A stretch of 60,998 nucleotides of DNA from Daphnia carinata. Its lineage: Eukaryota. The notes under the pieces are model-generated. The model did no database searches, was not told where the DNA came from, and worked only from the letters and a program-made list of their open reading frames with translations. Position 1 is the stretch's first letter, and every line of letters starts with the position of its first letter. Made by a program: the position numbers and the translations under genes. The stretch spans positions 14,322,001-14,382,998 of the forward strand of contig NC_081331.1 in the NCBI RefSeq assembly GCF_022539665.2. Direction: 5' to 3'. Positions 51,406 through 60,998 of this stretch are shown piece after piece.

Positions 51406-54400
51406 TTAGCGTAAGTCGACGCCGAGTTTGATCAAGAGTTCAATCGCTTGAAATGATTGTGGGCTTGAATTGTGTCGACACAAAAGCTGAAGGGCATTCT
51501 TTCCATCGTTGTTCTTTGCGGCCTTGTCGATTTCGAGTTCGATCAATAGTTTAATTGCATCGATTAAGTGTTGGCTTGAATTGTATTCACACAAAATATG
51601 AAGCGCATTTGATCCATCGTTGGTTTTCGCGTTTTTGTCGATGCCGAGTTCGATTAAGAGTTTAATGGCAACGATTAGGTGTGGGCTTGAATTGTTTCGA
51701 CACAAAAAATGAAGCGCATTCCATCCATCTTTGTCCTTTGCATTTATGTCGATGCCGAGTTGTATTAAAGATTCGATCTTATCCCTTATATCGCTTCGAT
51801 ATACGAAAGTATCGAACATCCATTGTGGTAATATGCTATAATCTGTTGTTCGACACTGATCTGCACACAACCGATGCAGGTTTTTTTCTTCTTCGGTAAG
51901 CTAATTGGAAAACATTTGTTAGAGAACACAAATTTCATTTACGAAGAAGGTCTTAAACTTGAGTGACTTCATTACTTTGTTTTTTATGTCTCCAAGTTGA
52001 TTAACAACTTCTTCAGATGTAATTCGTTTTTCAGGTGTGCTCGTCAGCATTTGTTCTATTAAGGTACGTGCTAAATGTTTCTGGTGAATTCCTATTTCTC
52101 AAAAGTTTTAGACATTTAACTAGTATGGTTATGTTGTATGATCTGCCTCAGAGGTAACTTACCACTCATATTGACTGATTTCGTGATGTTTTTCGCAATT
52201 TCTAAAGCATTTTCGCCGTAGATATGTTTTCCTTTCAAGAGAATATAACCGAAGACGAGGCCTTCTGCGTATACATCGCTCTTGATGGAGCCTTTAGCTT
52301 TTTCAATTTGTAGGTCTCTGCCCATAATTTCCATCACTTCTGGAGAGAACCAAATTTTAGTCCCTTTGACTCCACTCATTGTGAATGTTCCTCGTTCACT
52401 CACTTCTCGTGACAATCCAAAATCAGCCCACTTGATCATCAGCTCTTCACCTTGGTCAGTATGTTTCACAGAAATGAGAATGTTTTCCGGTTTAATGTCC
52501 CGATGGATTAGTTTCTTCGAATGAATGTATTTGAGACCAGTTGCTAACTGGTAGAAAACCTCGAAATTGTTTGGTAATGCAGGTCCTTTATATTTCGGGT
52601 TATCTTTCCCATTTAGGAACACCTGATCCAATGATGCGTCGCACAATTCCAAAGCAAAGTAACTGAATAACAGTAATCGTATGGAAATTCTCTTTTTAAT
52701 TCAAAGTTATCACGTAATTATCTTACTCGAAGTCGGCATTGCTTGTGAAGTGGACCAATTTAACAATATTGGGATGGTCTAACTGCTTCAGAATTTTTAA
52801 CTCGTTGTCATGGTTTTGAGCTCCACTCCTCAGAATTCGCTTGACTGCTATACTTTGGCCTTTATAAGTACCTCGATACACATGACCATATGTGCCGCTC
52901 CCTAAAAAATCGTTGCGAGCGAATTGGATGCCATCTACGTTTACGGGAATAGTCGATCCATTGATATCCTCCGCGTTTAAGTCGACGCCGAGTTCGATCA
53001 AGAGTTCAATCGCTTGAAATGATTGTGGGCTTGAATGGCATTCGTACAAAAGATGAAGGGCATTCTTTCCATCGTTGTTCTTTGCGGCCTTGTCGATGCC
53101 GAGTTCGATCAAGAGTTTAATCGCATCGATTAAGTGTGAGCTTGAGTTGTATCGACACAAAATATGAAGCGCATTTGATCCATCATTGGTTTTTGCGTTT
53201 TTGTCGATACTAAGTTCGATCAAGAGTTTAATTGCATCTACAAAGTGTGAGCTTGAATGGTATCGACACAAAATATGGAGCGCATTCCATCCAAAGATGT
53301 TCTCTGCGTTTATGTCGACGCCGATTTGCATTAAAATTTTGATGCTATCTCTAATATGTGTTGGACAGTTATCTGCACATAGCTGATGCAGGTGTTTTTC
53401 TCCTTCGATAAGCTAAATGGAAAACCCTTGTTAGAAAAATCTAATTTCATTGACGAAGAAGGTGTTAAACTTGTGTTACTTGATTACTTTAGTTTTGATG
53501 GATTGAAGTTGATCAACAACTTCTTCAGATGTAATTCTTGTATCAGGTGTGTAGGTCAGCATTTTTTCTATTAAGTTACGTGCTAAATGCTTTTGGTGAA
53601 TTTCTATTTTTAAAAAGTTTTATACATTTAATTATTATACTTATGTTATATGATCTGCCTCAAGAGATAACTTACCACTCATATTGACTCGATTGTTCTG
53701 CTTCATGTTCACCACAATATCATATTCATTTTCACCGTAGATATGTCTTCCATTCAAGAGAATATAACCGAAGACGAGGCCTTCTTTGAATACGTCGCTT
53801 TTGATAGAGCCTTTAGTTTTTTCAATGCGTAGGTCTCTGCCCATAATTTCCATCTCTTCGGGAGAGAACCAAGGTAGAGTCCCTTTGACTCCACTCATTG
53901 TGAATGTTCCCCTTTCACTCACTTCTCGTGCAAATACAAAATCAGCCCACTTGATAGTTGCTTCTTCACCTTGGTCAGTATGTTTCACAGAAATGAGAAT
54001 GTTTGTCGGGTTAATGTCCCGATGAATTACACGCTGTGAATGAATGTATCTGAGACCAGTGGCTAATTGGGAGAAAACCTCGAAATCATTCGGTAATGCA
54101 GGTCCTTTGTATTTCCGAAGATCGTCCTCACTTAGGAACACCTGATCCAATGATGCGCCGCACAATTCCAAAGCAAGGTAACTGAATAACAGAAATCATA
54201 TTGAAATTTTCTTTTAAATTCAAAGTTATTACGTAATAATCTTACGTGAAGTCGACATCGCTTGTGAAGTGGACCAATTTAACAATATTGGGATGGCGTA
54301 ACTGCTGCAGAAATTTTAACTCGTTGCCAGCTATTGGATCTCTGCCATCCTTTTCCTTCATAATTCTTTTGACTGCTATACTTTTACCTTTATATTTACC

Positions 54401-54490
54401 ACGATACACTGATCCGTAGCCACCGCGACCCAAAAGATCATTGCGATCAAATTGGATGCCACCTACATTTACGGCAGTAGTCGATGACAT
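51406..54490 (-). CDS. Tandem Ser/Thr kinase-ankyrin protein: kinase1-ANKx3-kinase2-ANKx3 (IRE1-like kinase family, lineage-expanded type)
   Basis: ATG 54490 MSSTTAVNVGGIQFDRNDLLGRGGYG..IAVKRI..HRDINPTN..WADFV; ANK repeats (GWNALHILCRYHSSSHFVDAIKLLIEL); then in the same exon GSGTYG..IAVKRI..HRDIKPEN..WADFG; then ANK repeats to the stop at 51406. All introns are GT-AG and frame-preserving. The two halves are offset by ~1519 bp with matching intron positions. Confidence 0.88.
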
Positions 54491-56077
54491 TTTGAACTTA
54501 ATTGCACCTGAGACTATAGCGAGACAAAAACTTGTACGAGCTGCTATTGAACAATACGACTTAAAACTGAAGAACCCCCACCTGTAACCCGAAATTACAT
54601 TGAATTTATCAGCCAGTTTATCTGTATGTAAAACACAAAATATAATTGACGACGAGTCCAATGCAGATATTGATGTGTTATCGCGTCGTCTACCTGTTGA
54701 TCCGTGTGAAATATCAGCAATGTTTTTTCATTTGCTCCTTAAAATTACTTCAAATCTTTTTTACGGGACTTTTTTCTCGTTGACGATTGCTAGTCAAATG
54801 ATTTGCATCGAATTATTAATTCGCTCAGTATGTCTTTCCAATCGTTTCTTTTAACGGTTTCTGCGTAGGCTACGGAAGTCAGACATTTTATCATAGAGCT
54901 TTACTAATTGCGCTCTGCACTATTCGCTTTCGACAGGTACACCTTATAGAATTATTTTTTCGTTATCTATAGCCTGAAGCTTTCCCCCCTTCTTTTCATT
55001 TTATTTAAATTTACTGTGACTATAGGCTACATAATTTTATGATGACCGCAGTACGTTTATTCAATTATATTTGTTGGTGCTGTAGGTGACGCCAATCGGA
55101 AGGTAAAACAACTTGAAATTACAGCTGTTTCCGGTGAACCCGTTGAAAATATTTTTGCTTAATGCCGCGTGCGAATTGTACCATCGGCTCGGCACAAGTG
55201 AGTCTCAGTTCCCTGCCTCGTTTGTTGCGATGCAAATAAAACTAACACTGATTACCTTAGACGCAACTGTTGAAGATGGAGGACAACTAGCGCGAGCAGA
55301 TTAATGAAAGATATCATTAAAGGTGAGTTACCGGTGAAGTCGCTAGTAATATAACTCTTCTTTCAAACGGCATTCAATTCGTCTTTTCGGCCGCATTCGA
55401 ATTGAGTACAAATTGCGCATGACGTAAGCCAGGTACAGCAGTGCCATCTCAGCCCAAATCGTTTGCCCAGTAAATGCTTAATTCAATACTCGCATTTTCC
55501 CAGCTTATTTGCCATGACGAACATTATCACCAAATCCTAAATGTCAGAGAGTGATTTATCTAACTTTTCCCATCTCACGGGTAGAGGGGATGTGTTTAGT
55601 TGAAGCAAACAAACTCGACTTTGCCTCGAGATAAGACGCGTTGGTTCTTTAATTTTAATGCACGTTTCGCAATTTTTATTGACAAGTTGTTTACCTCGAC
55701 TCAAGTTCAGCCAGATAATAAGATTTCTGTTTGGTATCTACTTGTGTTCTGTACATTTGTTTGTTTCGTTTCAAGATAAGCTCGGGCGTATCAGCCAGTT
55801 GTTATTCTCTTGGTAGGATTGCTCACTGTCTATTGCACCACAGTTTGAGTCATAATTGCATTTCAAATAAATGTAATTTGGCTTATTTCTTCAACTCAGC
55901 AAGCAAGGAAAAGACGAACAAATTTCCATGGTCATTTCCTTCGTTTGTTACAGCAACAGCTGAAGTGGCGAGAAAATGAATATGTTTCCCGAAATTAGCG
56001 TTAGATTTAGAGTATAACGTGTTATTTTCATCAAGTTCCAAGCGACTTTTTTTGTGTGCATATTTGAAGCAAAAATA

Positions 56078-56565
56078 TATCGATTCAAAATTCATCGCTG
56101 GTTACGAATATCATGTTTATTTTCACATTGGCCTTATAGTTTTTGAATTAACCGTAAAAAAAAATCGGCCAAAAAGAAAATATGGAAAACCTTCTTATTA
56201 ACTTAACTTTAACGCTGATTTTTTTAGTTTTTTTGTCATTAAATTTCGTCATTCAAAGAAATATGACTTCACCGTTTTTAACGTTATTTTTAATTCGAAA
56301 ACTATGTGTATATCGATTCAAATTCATCGCTGATTACGAATATCATGTTTATTTTCACATTGGCCTTATAGTTTTTGAATTAACCGTAAAAAAAAAAATT
56401 TGCCAAAATTGAAAAAGTAAGAAGGCTTTAGCCTTCTCAATTTCCTAAAATTTTTTCAAAACAGATTTAATTAAAAATGTTATATCCGATTAGAATTGAT
56501 CGCTGATTACGAAATCATGTTATATTTTTATATCGCTTTTAGTTTTTGAATTAACCATAAAAAAA
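56078..56565. repeat. Three dispersed copies of an ~85-bp AT-rich unit, probably internal repeats of a non-autonomous element
   Basis: TATCGATTCAAA(A)TTCATCGCTG(G/A)TTACGAATATCATGTTTATTTTCACATTGGCCTTATAGTTTTTGAATTAACCGTAAAAAA at ~56078-56164 and ~56311-56398, with a diverged copy at ~56483-56565. Weakly related sequence lies at ~50240-50400. Confidence 0.75.
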
Positions 56566-57815
56566 GAAAGTCGGGCTTATTTAGTCGGGCTTAAAATTTT
56601 TTAACAGACTTAACTAGAAACGTGACCGTTAGATGGCGATAGCAGTAAAACAGAAAAAAAGGCCAATATTTTTATTTTTATTTTGGGTAAAACGGATTGC
56701 CATATTAGTCTTTGCTTCTTTGCAAAGGGAAAAGGTTCGTTGTCACCTTTTCTTTTTCTTTGCAGTTTGTAGAAGCAGATTGGTTCATTTGTCATACAGC
56801 CACTGACTTAAATTTGTTTAGGTAATATTGGAGTATTGACACAAAAGCAAAATTTTACATTTCTGTCGTAAAAACAGTTGCATCTAAGCAATCACCTGCA
56901 AATAATTTGTTAGCCTCTAGAATTGAGTTGAATGTTTATAATGCCGTTCCTTTTCACTAAACATTGATTTTAATAAGTTTATTTTGTTTTTGCATAGTTT
57001 GGTGCTGAATGTAATGAATCCTGGTGATGAAACTGGAAAACTTGGTTTTAAAACTCCAAGAGATTGAACCTGGCCAACGGTTTAAATGTTGGAAACCATC
57101 ACACCAAAAGCTGATTGGCCATCAGTGGTTGACTGCTTACACATCAGCTTACGATGAATAACAAACCAGCTCATTGGTGACCATGTTGCACTACTTCTCA
57201 AATGTGTGTGGTGTCTAGCAGATTGCTGTCATTCGACAAAGACTATGTGGAGCATTTCCAGGTTAGTTTTCGTATTGGGGTTTTACATTTACAAAGTTTT
57301 AGAGCTGTGCTGCGCATTAGATTGTATGAAGTATCAAATTACCTTTTTTGATTTGTGTGTGTTTTCCTTGGAATTTTACAAACAAATTGTTTAAGTGAAG
57401 GCTTATTCAATGGTGACAAAGCACAGATCTATCATCTATAGAGTCCTTTTCATTACCCTCCACAATCAAGCACGTCTAGCAGTTAATACTCACTTGACGC
57501 TGGCAACGATTTGCTTTAGTTGATATTTCAAGAGACAATAAATTAGGCTACTCAAATGGTGTTGTGCGGAATCTGTGGTTTTCAATAAGGGGGGCGAGTG
57601 AAACGTTTCATTATGGAACTCAATTTTTATCTATTTACACTTCCATCTTAACTTCATAGCAAAGCGCGCAACACTAATTAATGGCTGTCTTTTCAAAGCT
57701 TGTCAAAAATATGGTTTGAGCTTTTTTTGAAATTTCATTCCACATTCATACAGTATTAACATTTTGACGGCACTTCTCAAGCCGCTTGATCGGTTTGCCA
57801 CGAAATGAGGAGCGC

Positions 57816-58709
57816 TTTCCATCCTTCGTTGCACTCTGTATTATGTAAATAGATTAAGAACAAAGTTGAGTCGGTTTCCTTTGAGACACTACTTATTTGA
57901 CTTTCGCAAATTTCAATTAGAATTGTGGCTATGTGTTTGTTGTTGAAATTTCACGCTCATCCTCCCTGTTAAGGCTGCATTCCTCGATAATTTTACGCCC
58001 CTAATATGTTTGCTTCGACTTCATTAACTATTGCGAGTAACTGTTCGCGTTTCAGAATGCCACATTACATACCGTTTGGCTTCGTGTTGTTGATATAGAA
58101 ATGGATCGCCCTTTAGTTCCCATATGCATAACACCAGTCTCACCAAATGACTCATGTTTCTCCTAAACTAGCGGTCTCCAACCATAACAGAGCTGTGTTG
58201 GTGGACGTGTGGTCGTTCTTTTTGCAGTTGGCTGAGCAAACGGAGAAAGCGGTTTTCCGCAGACAAGTTAGACAGTTTAATGCTTATGTTTGACGATTCC
58301 GTTTAATTGTGCAAAGCAAGATATTTCTTAGCATGGTTGCAATGATAGGCAAGGTAATGATCGATAGGAGAGGACGAAAGCAACTAGTTTTTTCCTTATC
58401 AAGGACATAATTACTAAAAAAAGGGATCAGTATTAAACACGTCCATTCACTTAATTTCCTTTATCCGGATTTAAAATCACATAATTATGGTTTCAAGAGT
58501 TTAATTTATTTAAATGCGTTGAAAGTTCGACACAATGATGTAGTTAGCATTCCATCCGAGAATATCATTTATTGCAACGTAGCGCGTTTTGTGACTTTCC
58601 AAACAACCTTGATATCCTTGTAAATACCATAAATAATATCTTCGAAAATTCACCTCATCCGGATTTAAAGATTTCGTACAGGTTGCAGTTTCTAAGATTT
58701 GGATTGCGC
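57816..58709 (-). pseudogene. Frame-disrupted 3' exons of the long ankyrin-array gene; paralogous to 50480-51365
   Basis: Aligns by eye to 50480-51365 at an offset of ~7.34 kb. DHYLAYHCNH, CKKNDH and LLWLETA motifs fall in shifting frames. Confidence 0.55.
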
Positions 58710-58713
58710 TGAC

Positions 58714-60998
58714 TCAGATCGTATGCATTCCATCCAAAGAAGGGGAGGTTTTTGCGTTTTTGTCAATACCGAGTTCGATCAAGAGTTTAATGGCATCGAT
58801 TAAGTGTGGGCTTGAACTGTATTCACACAAAAGATGAAGCGCATTCCATCCATCGTTGGTTTTTGCGTTTTTGTCGATGCCGAGTTCGATCAAGAGTTTA
58901 ATCGCATCGATTAAATGTGGGCTTGAATTGAAAGAACACAAATGATGAAGCGCATTCCATCCATCGTTGGTTTTTGCGTTTTTGTCGATGCCGAGTTCGA
59001 TCAAGAGTTTAATCGCATCGATTAAATGTGGGCTTGAATTGTTAGAACACAAATGATGAAGCGCATTCCATCCTTCGTTGGTTTTTGCGTTTTTGTCGAT
59101 GCCGAGATCGATCAAGAGTTTAATCGCATCGGTTAAATGTGGGCTTGAATTGTTATAACACAAATCATGAAGCGCATTCGCTCCTTCGTTGGTTTTTGCG
59201 TTTTTGTCGATGCCGAGTTCGATCAAGAGTTTAATCGCATCGATTAAATGTGGGCTTGAATTGTTATAACACAAATCATGAAGCGCATTCGCTCCTTCGT
59301 TGGTTTTTGCGTTTTTGTCGATGCCGAGATCGATCAAGAGTTTAATCGCATCGATTAAATGTGGGGTTGAACTGTTATGACACAAACAATGAAGCGCATT
59401 CCACCCATCTTTCGTTTTTGCGTTTATGTCTATGTCGAGTTCGACCAAAAGTTTAATCGCATCGGTTAATTTTGGGCTTGAATTGTTAGAACACAAAAGA
59501 TGAAGCGCACTCAATCCATCGTTGTTCTTTGCGTCCTTGTCTATGCCGCGTTCGATCAAGAGCTCAATCGTATCGGTTAAGTGTGGGCTTGAATTGTTTC
59601 GACACAAAAGATGAAGCACATTGGATCCAGCGTTGGTTTTTGCGTTTATGTCGATGCCGAGTTTGATCAAGAGTTTAATCGCATCGATTAAGTGTGGGCT
59701 GGAATTGTTAGAACACAAAACATGAAGCGCATTCCCTCCTGTTGTTCTTTGCGTCCTTGTCGATGCCGAGTTCGATCAAGAGTTTAATCGCATCCATTAG
59801 GTGTGGGCTGGAATTGTTAGAACACAAAATATGAAGTGCATTCCCTTCATTGTTACTCTTTGCGTATTTGTTGATGCCAAGATTAATCAAGTGTTTAATC
59901 GCATCAGTTAAACGTGGGCTTGAATTGTTTTGACACAAAAGATGAAGCGCATTCGATCCCTTGTTGATTTTTGCGTTTTTGTCGATGCCGAGTTCGATCA
60001 AGAGTTTAATCGCTTCGATTAAATGTGGGCTTGAATTGTTATAACACAAAATATGAAGCGCATTCCATCCAGCGTTGGTTTTTGCGTTTTTGTCGATGCC
60101 GTACCAGATCAAAAATCTAATCGCATCTATTAAATGTGGGCTTGAATTGTTAGAACACAAAATATGAAACGCATTCCATCCATCATTCGTTTTTGCGTTT
60201 ATATCGATGCCAAGTTTGATCAAGAATGTAATCGCATCGATTAAATGTGGGCTCGAATTGTATCGACACAAAAAATAAAGCGCATTTCCTCCATAGTTAT
60301 TCGTTACCTTTTTATCGAAGCCGATTTCGATCAAGAGTTTAATCGTATCGATTAAATGTGGGTTTGAATTGTCAGAACACAAAAGATGAAGCACATTCCA
60401 TCCATCGTTCGTTTTTGCGTTTTTGTCGATGCTAAGTTTGGTCAAGAATGTAATCGCATTGATTAAGTGTGGCCTGGAAGCTGAATTGTCAGAACACAAA
60501 AGATGAAGCACATTCCATTCATCGTTGGTTTTTGCTTCCTTGTCGATGCCAAGTTCGGTCAAGAGTAATCGCATCGATTAAATGTGGGCTTGAATTGTTC
60601 GACACAAATAGATGAAGCGCATTCGATCCATGATGAAGCGCATTCGATCCATCGTTGTTCTTGACGTTTTTGTCGAAGCCGAGTTCGAGCAAGAGTTTAA
60701 TCGCATCGATTAAATGTGGGCTTGAATTGTAATAACACAAAAGATGAAGCGCATTCCACTTCTTTTTATCCTTTGCGTCCGTGTCGATGCCGAGTTTGAC
60801 CAAGAGTTTAATTGCATCGATTAAGTATGGGCTTGAATTGTTCGACACAAATAATGAAGCGCATTCCATCCATCGTTGTCCTTTGCGTTTTTATCGAAGC
60901 CGAGTTCGATCAAGAGTTTAATCGCATCGATTAAATGTAGACTTGAATTGTATCGACACAAAAGATGAAACGCATTCGCTCCATCGTTGGTTTTTGCG
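58714..60998 (-). CDS. Long ankyrin-repeat array (at least 20 units of 105 bp/35 aa); 5' end beyond the right edge; several frameshifts
   Basis: Consensus AKTNDGWNALHxLCxxNSSPHLIDAIKLLIELGIDKN repeats every 105 nt. The reading frame breaks near ~60845, ~60605-60565, ~59735 and ~58740. A 21-bp in-frame duplication lies at 60611-60652. Same repeat family as in the kinase-ANK gene. Confidence 0.85.

Noticed and set aside
56760..57265. Plus-strand exon-like segments with good splice signals
   Set aside because: No continuous ORF or homology recognised; could be lncRNA or relic sequence but cannot be supported without transcripts.
58740..60998. Regular 105-bp periodicity suggesting a CRISPR array or TALE repeats
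   Set aside because: There are no unique spacers. The units translate to ankyrin repeats in an intron-containing eukaryotic context, and the TALE consensus (LTPxQVVAIAS) is absent.

Overview
Eukaryotic, intron-rich genomic DNA with compact ~55-80 nt GT-AG introns. The gene content and intron style suggest an arthropod, most likely a cladoceran crustacean such as Daphnia (inferred, not verified). Left to right: GRAMD1/Aster-like gene (-, probably runs off the left edge), small orphan single-TM ORF (-), WDR24 (-), FERM-PDZ-PTP phosphatase of the PTPN3/PTPN4 family (-), PDIA4/ERp72 (+), uncharacterised TM/coiled-coil gene (-), a 527-bp TIR element carrying a tRNA-like Pol III cassette, FBXO21-like gene (-), troponin C (+), TMEM179-like gene (-), and integrin alpha-PS2/inflated-like gene (-, ~12 kb, with tRNA-Trp on the opposite strand in its last intron). 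About 8 kb of non-coding DNA follows, then a cluster of two paralogous ankyrin genes. One is an internally duplicated kinase-ANK-kinase-ANK gene with one degenerate and one canonical kinase. The other has at least 20 35-aa ANK units whose variation concentrates at predicted binding-surface positions. The most interesting candidates are this kinase/ANK cluster (possibly a diversifying immune-sensor family), a troponin C lacking the position-12 Glu in all four EF-hands, and the TIR element with the tRNA-like cassette. Several isolated 1-nt frameshifts (PDIA4, FBXO21, ANK arrays) may be assembly indels rather than biology. All exon models were built by eye.
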